Program-made: the position numbers and the translations under genes
Part shown: one piece after another, positions 51,658 through 64,000 of the stretch
How positions within the stretch are numbered: position 1 is the first letter of the stretch
How the letters are laid out: each line of letters opens with the position of its first letter
The notes under the pieces: model-generated
What the model was told of the DNA's origin: nothing
What the model saw: only the letters and a program-made list of their open reading frames with translations
Database searches by the model: none
DNA from: the human T2T-CHM13v2.0 reference genome, Homo sapiens
Reading direction: 5' to 3' (one strand)
DNA length: 64,000 nucleotides
Assembly: GCF_009914755.1 (NCBI RefSeq)
Contig: NC_060931.1

Positions 51658-52428
51658 TTTTATAAAGAACTTGTCCCCATTAACAATTTGGCTATACTAA
51701 GTACAGTTCAGATAGGAAAAGCAGGAGAAAAACTTGATGAAGATGAACTTTATTGGGATAGAGTTCTTTCCATCTTACTCTAAAGCCCCATTACTGTCTA
51801 TTTCCACTTACTGATCTGCTTTTTTCAGGTGTCTCACTGCCTAGAGCAAATTTAATTCTGCCCTTTATGTGCTCTTAAAAAGTTTTAGTTTTTTTGTGGT
51901 TTTTTTCCTAAATGGTGCTCTACAGATTATGCTGAGTGAGGGGATGAAAAGTCACGAGTACATCTTTGGAAGCTTCCTTGCCTCAGCGTATCCCTGCTCA
52001 GATAGAAGAGGCAGGGACTGGATGACAGGCACATGGGGGTTCATTGTACTCCTCCCTCTCCTGGTGCCTATTTGACATTTTCCATCATAAAAAGTTTGAA
52101 GAAAAAAAAAAGTTTGAAAGTAATAATAACAGAAAAATAAATAAATCTCCCTTCCTAACTCTGAGTAACTCCTGAGTGGGCCTGCTGTTCATTTCTGCAC
52201 CTGACTGTTGCAGGCTCCTGGTGACTTTCTTCTTCTGAGGTTTGTCATCTGGGCTCCACTTTCCATTTTAAAATATTGGTGCACTCTGCATATTGCCATG
52301 ATCTATCCTCTGGGACACAGACTTCAACCTGAGTGTTGTTCCCACCCTTCTTCCTAGTGATTTCTTCTGGGAATTTACTGGGTACCCCTTGCCCTGCTCT
52401 GTACAGTCAGATCAGATGTCCTCCAGAG

Positions 52429-52676
52429 CAGGGGTCCCCAGTCCCTGGCACGGCAGGAGGTGGGTGGCAGGTGAGCAAGCATCACCGCCCGAGCTCCACC
52501 TACTGTCAGATCATCAGCGGCATCAGATTCTCATAGGAGCACGAACCTATTGTGAACTGATGATCTAAGGTGGAATAGTTTCATCCCCAAACCATCCCCC
52601 TCAACCCCCCCCCATCCATGGAAATACTGTCTTCCATGAAACTAGTCCCTGCTGCCAAAAATGCTCGGGACCGCTG
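52429..52676. mobile_element. MER1B-type hAT-Charlie element, internally deleted
   Basis: caggggtcccca ... gggaccgctg; perfect 8-bp TSD CTCCAGAG (52421-52428, 52677-52684). Confidence 0.88.
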
Positions 52677-55042
52677 CTCCAGAGCACGTGCATATTCCAC
52701 AAGCTTCAGCAGAACGCTTTCTCTCCTGCCATTTTCAGTTTAAAGCCTTCTTGGCAGGGTCAACAGGCCTTGCAGTTAGCTTGTTCATCCCCACGTTGGG
52801 AGCTCAATTTTCAGGATAATAAACCATGGTGGTTCTGAATACTGAAACACAGAGCGTTTCATAACGCTCCTGGGCATCGCCAGTAATTTCAAGAGGAAAT
52901 CATGACATTGTATCTCCAAAATAGGTCTTGAGATATATTTACTAATAAAGTAAAAATGAATTCAGTTTTAATATTTGGCTTATGGGATGAGGGGCATGAA
53001 AAGCTTCCTGGTGGTCTGCAAAAGCAGGCAAAAGATAGAGTGAGCCTGTCTCAACCAGAGTCACTCCTTTGAATGTTATTCCAGAAAGCAGTTTTTCTTA
53101 GTCTTGAGATGGTCCAGCAAGAGAGAAGAAAACTCTTTGAGTGCTGAAAAGCACCCTGTGCACCAAGGCACCTGTGAGGCTGCTCTTGGCTTCATGAGAA
53201 TATTCAGTACTTGCCAGATGTAAGACATATTTTAATCCATAAATCCCCCAAATGTACCCAAAAGCTTGGACTTAGGAAACACGGAAAAGGGAGATTAAAT
53301 GTCCCAAAAGCAGCTAATAGAACAGAAACAGAACCACTGGGAAAGAAATGCTTTTTCTCTTCCCCGTTTGCCCTACTATCATGAGGTTACTTGGACCTCC
53401 TTTTTGTTTGATATTGACATTCTCTTCATGACCTTCCTCTTCTTGCCCTACATATGTCCTCTTTCCATCTAGTCCTTGGTATTCTCAGCCTGTCTAACTG
53501 CTGTCTGCCTGCTAGACTAGCTTCTTTACTGATTTCCTGTTATCTTCTTCCACTTCTATACTGGCACATACCATGCCTGTTTTTCTTCATATAGTGGCTT
53601 TCCTTAGACGTCAGCCACTGATGTAAATATTTTTCCAGGCCTGTAAATGGAAGATTTTTAAAGGACTTCCTTCCTGCCTGTCACCCCTAGAAACACCTAT
53701 AGATACCGTTGCTGGCTCCTTAAAAACTCAAGCAATATAATCCGGAATTTAATTTCTTACTCACGTATTCCTCTCCTTTCTAATCATGGTCCCGGTTCCC
53801 ATTTGGGCCAGTATTTCTTTGATGTACATGGTTAGCGTTCATGTTCATAAACTAAAGAAGGCATTACGTAATGTAAATTTCCCTTTGGGTTTTAAGAATT
53901 ATTTCTTTTCCACCTACTGTCATGTTTATTATTTGTTTAGCTCTCTCTTTTTCTCTCAACAGCCATCAATATTTTTCTCCCAACTAAAGATATTTCCATG
54001 ACCACCTTGGAAGGCCTTCAGGCTGAAAGATTCAGTTACAGCAAACAACAATTCCCAAAGGTTTCCCAGACTGTGAGGGCAAATGAAAGGCCCATTCTTC
54101 CTCAGGTTGTCTGTCCTGCTCTATCTTGTCGTGGGGTGAGGGGAGGAGGGCCAGCTATGGTGCTGGATAACTTCAACAGCCCTGCAGCCCTGTGCTCTGC
54201 CTGGCTCAAGTCTGTTAGTTTCTGGAGGACTTCAGAAATGTATCAGGGTGATGACATCACATCATACTGCCCTGATTGTATTTTTCACATTCTTAATATT
54301 GAGGAGTGGTTCTGCCTGGTTGCTTATTGACCAGTGCACTCGATTAGCAACCACTTCATCTACGTCATGTGCAGTGCCAGTTCTGACCATCACTGTGTTT
54401 CAGAAGGGAAGCTGCCTGCCAGTCCATCTGCCCTGATTTCATGGCTGTTATCTTTAATCTTTACATCTTTGAAGGCCTTTGGTGAATGATGTGCTTCCTG
54501 GCAGGAGAAAATCACTGCTGAAAGGAGATCTGTGTTGTCTCTGCTTTTCTTTCTGTTTCCCGAGAGCTTTAGTCTAACATCTGTGACCCCAGCCAGACTC
54601 CATCAAACTTCATACTCAAAGTCATCTTTGAAAAGCAGTGGCATTTATTATATACCTACTATGTGCCAAGCACTGTAATAGATTTTAATGTGTCATCCCA
54701 TCTATCTAGTTTAGCAGCCCTGTGAGATGAGTGATCACCATTTTACATATGAGGAAACAGGCTCACAAGCCATTAAACAGCAGAACCAAGATTCACATGT
54801 AGGTCTTTCTGACTGGGAAGCCTTTAATGGAAATAAACAGCCTACTTTTTCTCACATAAAATGCACCTGATCTGCAGCACCATGAGAATGGTTGTGGAGA
54901 AAATTCGACTTCATTCTGAATCAGAGTAAAAGGTGTTAAGGCTGTTTGGTCTGTGGAGGGCAAGACTAAAGGGACTACCATCAAGTTTCTGAAATTCATG
55001 AAGAGTATGATCAATGATACATTTTCATATCATATTCAATTA

Positions 55043-55637
<595 letters not shown>

Positions 55638-57289
55638 TCACATGGCATCCAAGGGACACATGTGATTGTAATGAGGGGATAGTGTAGGGTGTTAGCAGGA
55701 AAGGCTACATAAACTCCTTCAACTATTAGCTATTTAGACTTTATTTTCCTGATAGGAGAAAGCAAAGTAATGTTTTTGATGGGATGGGATGGCTTTTGCC
55801 AAACAATATTTTAAGATGTTAACCATGATAAACATACTTATTCATCCAATAATACTGAATACTGAAAGAAGTTAGCCTTGGGAAAAATAAAGTCCCTCAA
55901 AATAACTAAATAAATTCCATTTCCACGGATACATGCACATATGTTTATGTGTGTAAATTTCATTACACAATAGGCAAGTGATGAAACTCATTGCCCCAGG
56001 AGAGATCTGGAATAGAGTAGATTGGCTCATGAATGATAAATCCAGAGTGTGCAAGACTGTGACCCTAACCTTTAAAGCAAATCTCACTGGTGCCCGTGGT
56101 CTACCACAGTGCTCCCCTGGTGCCACCATCAGAGACAGACCACTGTAAAACCTCATGGCCCCTTGTTTTGCAGCGTGCAAGGCCAGGCTTATGAATAGAT
56201 ATCATCATCTGCCACCCATGTAATGTGATCTGAGAGGCATCACTTTGTACGGAAGTTTTAAAAGATCCCTCTGGCAGGCGCTAAAGTAGGGTTATTACAA
56301 AGGAAGGCAAGAGATGGTAGTGTCTGTCCAGGGAGGCAGGGGGAAAAGTGTTGAATTTGGGTTCTGTATTTGAAGGGAGAGAATCAGCTGGTGCATTGGA
56401 TGTGTGAAGTAAAGGATGACTTCAGAGCTTTTGGCCTGAGCAACTAGAAGAATGTTATTGCCATTTATTTGGGAAGAGAGGAGACTTGGGAAAAGCATGT
56501 TTCACCATTTTGGCTCAAGAATGATACACATTAAAAAAAAAAAAAAATAGAGCCATGTCAGGCCTCATTGTCCTTGACAGGGAAACATGGTCCTGCAGCC
56601 AGTTCTTCCAGAGATTTGGGTCCAACTGCTGCTTGACGAGGAAATCTTTATGTTGGCACCTGAAGTTTCTGAGTCACCTTTGACTTTTTTTCCATTTTGA
56701 CCAATTCTATAAACCTTACCATGAAGCTTGAGAAGAAAAGCAGCAGGGGGCCCAAAGAGGACAGTCCTCTCCCTTCTGGATCCTTCCTGGCCCTGGTGTT
56801 AAGTGTTTAAGGACATTCTAATATATGGAAAAAGACTCCCAAATCAAAGGCCTGGGTCCCTGACTTTACCATCAACTCAGTCATTTGGGGAACAAAATCA
56901 GTCCTCCTTTGATCTGTGTTGAGGTTTTTTTTTTTAATAAAATTTTTATGTTTACTTTTGAGTTCAAATAAAAAGACGGGTTGTATTTACTAAACTGAGT
57001 TAACTCCAAGGTTGTGTGTAGCTCTGAAATACTAAAGTCTTCAGGACATTAGAAGTATGTGCCTTTATGATGAGCCCGTGGTTCTGGCTCTGACTCGTGA
57101 AAGGGAAGGAGCCCTGCCCTGTGGACTTCTCTAGGGTCTCAGCAGAAGTCAAGTGACATGCAGCGGGGGTGAGAGGGCTCAGAAAGGGGCTGTACTGAGG
57201 CCAAGGGTCTCATTACCAGGACTCTACAAGGGCCCTGTAAGAAAAAGGAGCACTTCCACCCCTTAAAGTAGAACACGAAGGGCTTCCTG

Positions 57290-57560
57290 TTGCTTAATCA
57301 ATCGAAATGACCCAGAATACAAGCTTGGATTAACATGCGCCTCTAGATTAGGGCTAATCAGGGGCAGGCTGAGCAGATGCAGGGACAGTCCCAGCCTGAT
57401 TACTGTACCTCAGCATTTAATCATCTCTCTTCCAAGGGCAGCCGCCCGACTTAGGGCACGCTGGGTTTCCAGGCCTCCAGCCCCTCCCCCTTTCCCTTGC
57501 CAGGGACATGAAGGCTGTTAGGTCAGAGACACTGAGGCGATTTAATCTAATCCCATGTCA
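57290..57560. promoter_or_regulatory. Candidate enhancer: cluster of K50-homeodomain (CRX/OTX) motifs with MAF/NRL, ROR and E-box motifs
   Basis: Eight TAATC/GATTA cores in ~260 bp including CTAATCCC at 57547; non-repetitive sequence. Confidence 0.5.
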
Positions 57561-59616
57561 AAATGGCTGTGTGTGAGAGAGACAGAGGTCTTAAAATCCC
57601 TACAGTGGGATGGTCATGCATTTATTTAAGGTGGCAGTAGACAGAAACTCTATGTAGAAAACAGCGGAATTGGGGTTCCAAGGCATGCGAGGTTATGAAA
57701 TGACTCCCATCATGGCCTCCCTCTCCTGTGCTTCTAAGGTGTGTGGCTGTCCTCACCAGTTACTCATCCCTGGGAGCTTTGGGTGGGGACCATTTCCTCA
57801 CCCAGGTGTGGCCAAATATGCTTCTTCCCTGTCTGGGGTGGAGTACAGAAGATGGAATCTTTCAAAAACAGCTTTATTTGGGTGAGTCTTGAATATAGTA
57901 TTTTTGAAGCTGCTTTTTTTCTGGGCTGGAAGCTCTTGTTCCAGAACAGCCTCATCACCCTAAGGCTCACCCACCTTAATCACGCAGTCCCTAGAAGGGA
58001 CACAAGTTAAATCTTAGTAAGCAGGTTTCATTCATGGTAGTAGAAAACATTCCAGCACCTGCTGACTGCTGGCCACTCAAAGATGGAGACTTAATTCCTC
58101 CCTTAAGGAATCTACGGTCTCCTTGGGGACAAGACATACGAGCAGTGAGGATGAATGAGGCCGCTGTCTCCAAGGAGCCTGTACAGGGAGCAGAGGAGGA
58201 GCATCGGAGAAGAGGACCCAAGATGGGGAGGAGAGAGGCTGGGGAGGAGCCCCCTCCAGGCAGAAGGCATGGAGGTGTGTGCTTGGAGAACCTCAGTCAA
58301 GTAGTTCATCTGGCTGGCGTGTGAAGTGAGTGGGGATTAGTGGATCACCAGGCTTAACTGAACAACAGTGGCCGACGTGAAGAGTTTAAATACCTGCAAA
58401 GGGGTTTGGACTTTATATCCCGTGGGCCACTAGAAACCACTGAAGAACTGTGAAGGAGAACAGCAAGATCAGGTCAGATGTTCAGAAGATCATTCTGATG
58501 ATGGCAGTATCAGCCAATAGATAGATTTTTGCATTAGAACCTTGCTTCATTTATTCTGGGGAAAATCTTCCGTGATACTATGAAAACTATTTTAACAATT
58601 GGGCATGGGCCCACATCATAGGAAACCCAAACACATCACAGCCAGGGTGAAAGAAATTTAACTTTGACAATTCTTTTAGTTTCTATTCACACCAGCCCTA
58701 ACCCAGATGGTTGCTCACAGTTAGTTAGAAAAGATCTCCCTGCACACTGTAGTCACTGTATTTGTACAGCAAGGGACTTGTTCCCCAAGCCTGGAGCTTT
58801 TGGAACTGAATGGAGCCCAGAGGCAAGAGCAGTGAAATGAGGCTGACCTTTGCTTCTGGTTTTGCTTGCTACTTGCCAGTATGTGGGTTCCCTGGAGGAA
58901 CACACAGGTGTCTTGGCTTTGCCACTGGGCATTTTGGGTGATTTCGTTAACTTTGCCTGTTTTGACCAGAAGAGAGCCTGATCGTGATAGGAGGAGGCGG
59001 GGGACTGACGGGGTTATACAATCTTCACATATATATACACTCAGTCCCATGCCTTGAGTCTAGAGGCTGGGGAGAGGGCCCAGCTGCACGTTGGTTGAGG
59101 CCAGCAGTACATGGCCCTTGAGGCTATGCTGATAGCAACTTGTGGTACACTTTGTACTTCATACTGTGAGGAACATGAAATAAGCCAGAGCCAGGCCTGA
59201 TCTTGAAAGAACCCTCTGTCAAGTGGGAAGGCCTGTTGCAGACATGCATCAACTGGCCCAGCTGGCTTATCCATGGCTGTCCCTGGGCCTCCTGTGAATC
59301 CAGAGGAGGCTGCTCCAGCATTGATAAGGCTGGGATGGGGCAGGTTCCACAAGGAGGGAAAGCTCACCCCAGTGTAAAAGGAAGGAGTGGGGGATAAGTC
59401 TATCTCATGAATAACCTGAGCAAAGGCCCAAAAGAGTGTGGCTGATAGATTGGGGGAACTGAGAGTAGTCTGGGGGTGGGGGGCACCTAGAGGACAGGGC
59501 ACCTGTGAGAGAGTGAGGGAGATGAGACTGGAAAGATGGACCAGGGCAAACCACGAAAGGCCTTGAAGACCATGCTAAATCATTTGAACTTTGTTACAAG
59601 CTTTGGAAACCTTTTA

Positions 59617-59825
<209 letters not shown>

Positions 59826-61281
59826 AAGATAATTTGAGTGACTGGGAAGGGGTGAACTGAAAGAGAGATTAATTAAAGACAGTTAAGAGCAATTTGCAAA
59901 GGTTTAGTTGAAAGAAATTGAAGCCCACAGTTTTGTAGGCCAAGACCTGGCCCTTCTGCGTGCTTCCCCCATGCCCACGTGCACTTGGAGGCTGGCCTCT
60001 CTCCTCCTCCTTTCAGGCCTGCATTGCAAGTGTGGGGGCGACTGGCCACGTCTTCCATTTCGGTGAGGGCACACCAGAGGAGCCAGGGTTTCTAGTGATG
60101 CGTCACCATAACAGCAAGTCTCATTTCATGAAGTCTCACTGCATCATCAAATGCTTACCCCTTATCCCTAAACTGGCAAAACTTACTCTTAGAAAAAAGT
60201 TACATACAATTTAACATTGGAAAAGAAAATCTTATATTTGATTTTTTTGCATTAGAAAATATTTTGACAACCCTTTTTAAAATAATTTTTATCTTCATCA
60301 AAGTAGCCTATGGTTTAAATGTCAAAAAGAACTAAAAGGGGCCTCTCTGGGTCAGTTTCTCAATACAGTGGGTGAACCTCAGAGGCCCAGTCAGCAAAGG
60401 TCTTTGGGTCTGGATGTTGGGGTTGGTCTAATCAATTAAATTCAAACTTTCCACTCATTCTCATTTTTAGCCTCATCCCTCTTTCTGCCGTAGCTAGGCC
60501 TCTATGTGCTGAGCCCTGTGTGAGCATAGGAGTTGCCCCTTCCACTTCTCTGTTCAATCAGAACCATTTCACATTTGCTTTGCATCTTCCCAAAAAATGT
60601 TGACATCCCTCGGTTATATCCTTTTTTCCTCATTCACTGTAATTCTAGTTTCAGAAGGAAGAGAGATTGATGTATATGTTAGTTACTGCCTTACTGGGAA
60701 TCCTTTTTTTTAATGTATTATCAGCTTTCCCTTTTTAGGCAGGACTACCTTTATGGAGGTTATGTGCTTCTTCCTTTAAGCCATCCTTTCTACTCTGAAA
60801 TAATAGTGATATTAGGGAGTAGCTGGGGTCTTTTTTTTTAAGTTGACCCCAAAATGTGTTTTTACATTTTACTGGTGTGTGAAATCTAGAAATCAGGAAA
60901 CAAGTGACCTAGGCTTTAAAAATAAATAAATAAATAAAATAAGCTTGACTATGAAGGAAGGCACATAGACGGAGCAGTGGCCAGAAGACAGGATAGGAGA
61001 GGGACAAGATTTTTCTTTTCAAGCTGAGAGAGACTTAAGCATAGGCAGAAAGAGGGTTGAAGAAGGCAGTGTAGCCAAATATCAAAGAAAAATAATGGTG
61101 GCCTGTTCTGAGAGGGAGAAGACAGGCCGGGGACATTCACACCTGACGGGCCTGTGCTTCCTAGATGCGGAGGCAGGCAGGGCCCTCTCACGGCAAGCTG
61201 GGAAGGCCCTACCCTAAGGCATGTTTCCACAATTTCTCTAAACTTTTCTTTTCTGATAGTCTGTTTTAAAAAAATCAAAAT

Positions 61282-61563
61282 GGTCAGGGTTGGTGGTTCA
61301 CGCCTGTAATCCCAGCTATTCAGGAGGCCAAGGTGGGAGGATCACTTGAGGCCACGAGTTCAAGACCAGCCTGGGCAACACAGCAAGACTCCATCTCAAA
61401 AAAAAAAAAAATTATATTAGCCAGGCATGGTGGCACACGCCTGTGGTTCCAGCTACTCAGGAGACCGAGGTGAGAGGATCACTTGAATCCAGGAGTTCAA
61501 GGCTGCAGTGAGCTGTGGTCACGCCACTGCACTCCAGCCTAGGCTACAGAGCCAGACCCTGTC

Positions 61564-61594
<31 letters not shown>
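61282..61594 (+). mobile_element. Alu (J-type)
   Basis: Dimer with long poly-A. Confidence 0.93.
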
Positions 61595-61599
61595 GTTAA

Positions 61600-61960
61600 A
61601 ATGGAAAAAAGTTGATTTCCTAGAAGTAGAGAGTAGAATAATAGTTACCAGAGTCTGGGGAAGGGTTGGGGAGGGGGGCAGGAGAGGTTGGCCAGCAGGT
61701 GCAAAGGAAGAATAAGTTCTGGTGTTCAGTTACACAGTAGGGTGACTGTAGCGAATAACAATGTAGTCTGTGTTTCAAGATAGCTAGATTTTGAATGTTG
61801 TCACCACAATGAATGATAAATCTTTAAAGAGATTAATATGGTAATTTTCTTGATTTGATCATTCTACAGTGTATACATGCATTGAAACATCACATTGTAC
61901 CCCATAAACATGAACAGTTACTATATATCAATTATAAATCTTAAAAATTAATGAAAAAAA
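61600..61960 (+). mobile_element. L1MA-type 3' end
   Basis: agaagtagagagtagaata...ttgaaacatcacattgtaccccataaa...tcaatt. Confidence 0.85.
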
Positions 61961-62128
61961 TTTTAATGGGGTGGGAAAGAGATGTCTTTGTGCCTGGGCC
62001 ATGGGTATGTGATCACCTGAGGCTGGTGACCACGATACCTCAAAGGCAAGACTTGGGTGCCCCCGTCCAGCCAGCATCTGGGAACTTGAGCCTGAGCCCC
62101 ACCAACGGTCTTCTCTTTGTCTCTCCAG

Positions 62129-62292
62129 GCCTGGTCCAGATCCCTGTGAGCATGTACCAGACTGTGGTGACCAGCCTCGCCCAGGGCAACGGACCAGTGC
62201 AGGTGGCCATGGCCCCTGTGACCACCAGGATATCAGACAGCGCAGTCACCATGGACGGCCAAGCTGTGGAGGTGGTGACATTGGAACAGTGA
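62129..62292 (+). CDS. NRF1: NRF1 last coding exon, (G)LVQIPVSMYQTVVTSLAQGNGPVQVAMAPV...VEVVTLEQ*
   Basis: Acceptor ttctctttgtctctccag|GC; TGA at 62290-62292; matches NRF1 C-terminal activation region. Confidence 0.98.
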
Positions 62293-62557
62293 CATACAGC
62301 CATATTATGGCATCGTTTTCTAGTCTACTTCAAAATTTTTTACACGTTTGCAGAGGTGCAATCAAATGGAATTAAGTCTCTCGACTTTGGAAGGAAAGTT
62401 TTGTTAACCTTTTTTTTTTTAAAAGGAAGAAAGCGGATTTTGGAATTGCATTTTTTAAAGCACCACTCTTGATTTTCTGGGATTGGTGAAGAAACTGCAT
62501 TGTCAATTTCACTGTCCCAAAAAAGCCAAATTGTGGCAGGACTTCTTTCTGCGGAAA

Positions 62558-62675
62558 TGTGTGTGTATACTTATGTGTGTGTATGTGTGAGTGTGAATAT
62601 ATGTATATGTGTACATATGGACATACACATTTACATATATATAAAGTATATATATACATATATATATATATGTAT
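62558..62675. repeat. Compound (TG)/(TA) microsatellite in 3' UTR
   Basis: Visible dinucleotide tracts. Confidence 0.9.
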
Positions 62676-63372
62676 GAAACCCGCATGGAATTATCTGTAT
62701 GAAATCAAGGTGCGCTGTGGAAACAATAATTCACCCAGTTTAGTGGGTGGTAGGGTACGTGGCCAGACACAGTCACCCAGTTTTTGTTCATACCAGGGTC
62801 ATGCGTTGAGCTACTGACAAACTCAGGCGGAGGTGACCATGCCCTTCACCAAAGCTGCCTCCCAGTGGCCACACAGAACTCTCCCTGCTGGACTCACCTG
62901 AGGAAAGAGGCTCCAGCATGGGGTGGGTCAGAGATGTGCTTGCAAGGTCCAGGGACTGCGTGGTCTGCCAGCTGAGATGCTCCTCGGGCTGGCCCAGGTG
63001 CTGACCTTGCCACAGGCAGATGAATGTCTTGAAAGCTCCCGGGCCTCAGCCTCCCATCTCCTCTCCTTCCCAGGAATCCTTGATCTCATGACTATTAAAA
63101 TGTTGCTCTGGTTTTAAGGTCAGTCCTGAATTGCTCGTATATATGAACTGAAGGTAACCGAAGTATTAGGGGTTTGAGGAGTGCGTGCGTGTAAGTGTGC
63201 TTGTGTGTGTGCGTGCATGGTGGGGGAGAGGATGGGAAGGGGGCGGGGGCAGTGGAAGGGAAAGGAAGGAAAGAAAAATCGTCCTAGACCAGGATACACC
63301 CGTGGGAGCAATTTTCTCTACTGTCTGTAGCTTCACAGAGGAGGCGCTGGAATGAACAAGAAGAGACATCTG

Positions 63373-63460
63373 GTCTGTGGCCACAGCACCCTGAACGCCC
63401 CTGATCTTGTGTGATCTTGGAAGCTAAGCTTGGTTGGGCCCGGTCAGTACGCGGAAGGGA
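63373..63460 (+). pseudogene. 5S rRNA-derived fragment (5' ~88 nt) inside the 3' UTR
   Basis: Ungapped match to human 5S GTCTACGGCCATACCACCCTGAACGCG...; 17 mismatches in 88 nt by hand count. Confidence 0.92.
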
Positions 63461-64000
63461 AGAAGGGACACCTGGCCATAGAAAACAGCTGAGGGTGTTT
63501 GCTGTGTTCCTGGATCAGGCCCTGCTTCAGAAGGGACTCCTGGAGGCCCATGTTCCTTGATGCAACCTCGTGGCCCAGGCCGGGAGCAGCTTGCCTCCTC
63601 AGAGGTGTTGACTATCTGGGTGTTCTTGGTAACCGTTAACTCTGTCTTTCTCAGCTGCAAGCCCTGAGTCTCCAGTAGCTGAATTCACCTGACTTTTCAA
63701 CAGGCCAAATCTCTGAACCTTGAGTACAGGGACAGCTCCTCCTCCCTCCTCCCAGCTCTCCCCATGTGTGTGATGGTGTATTTAATGTGTTTTTTTAATG
63801 CGACATTAAAAGATTCTCCACGTCTTGCTCAACCTTTGAGAGAAGTTTCAGATTCTTGTATTTGCTTGTTTTATATAAAACTATCTAATGTTCTTTATAT
63901 GTTCTTTTCTGTACGTAATGGGGGGAGGGGAGGGAAATTTACATATAAATAGTCCTAGTTCTACAATTTGTTATTTTTTTAATTATTATTTTTTATCGTC

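Larger units (their letters stand above)
62293..64000 (+). other. NRF1: NRF1 3' UTR (probably runs past window end)
   Basis: Follows stop codon; U-rich and GU/AU-dinucleotide tracts; only ATTAAA variants seen (63094, 63805). Confidence 0.85.

Noticed and set aside
61951-62128. N-terminal part of the 113-aa ORF
   Set aside because: Intronic open frame upstream of the true acceptor at 62128
62293-64000. Seed sites for miR-182/96/183 in the 3' UTR, and an NRF1 autoregulatory TGCGCATGCGCA site
   Set aside because: No 7-mer seed match (TTGCCAA, GTGCCAA, GTGCCAT) or full NRF1 palindrome seen by eye

Overview
Human (primate) genomic DNA covering the 3' two-thirds of NRF1 (nuclear respiratory factor 1, not NFE2L1) on the + strand. 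The window opens inside a long intron. It then contains six constitutive coding exons (16178-16336, 17477-17674, 18578-18679, 24327-24484, 34331-34455, 62129-62292), which splice in frame with GT-AG ends to give the NRF1 C-terminal ~301 aa, followed by ~1.7 kb of 3' UTR. A 57-nt in-frame cassette exon lies at 51271-51327. The introns hold ~40 Alus plus L1, L2, MIR and DNA-transposon fossils; almost all other ORFs in the track are repeat-derived noise. I see no new protein-coding system. The best second-look items are: (1) a dense CRX/OTX + NRL + ROR + E-box motif cluster at ~57290-57560, a candidate photoreceptor enhancer; (2) an Alu flanked by a ~205-bp direct repeat that looks like a giant target-site duplication; (3) a 5S rRNA-derived insert inside the 3' UTR; (4) the cassette exon and its competing acceptor in an Alu-poor 11-kb block; (5) a spacer-less head-to-head Alu fusion. 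Repeat subfamily names are by eye and their boundaries are approximate.
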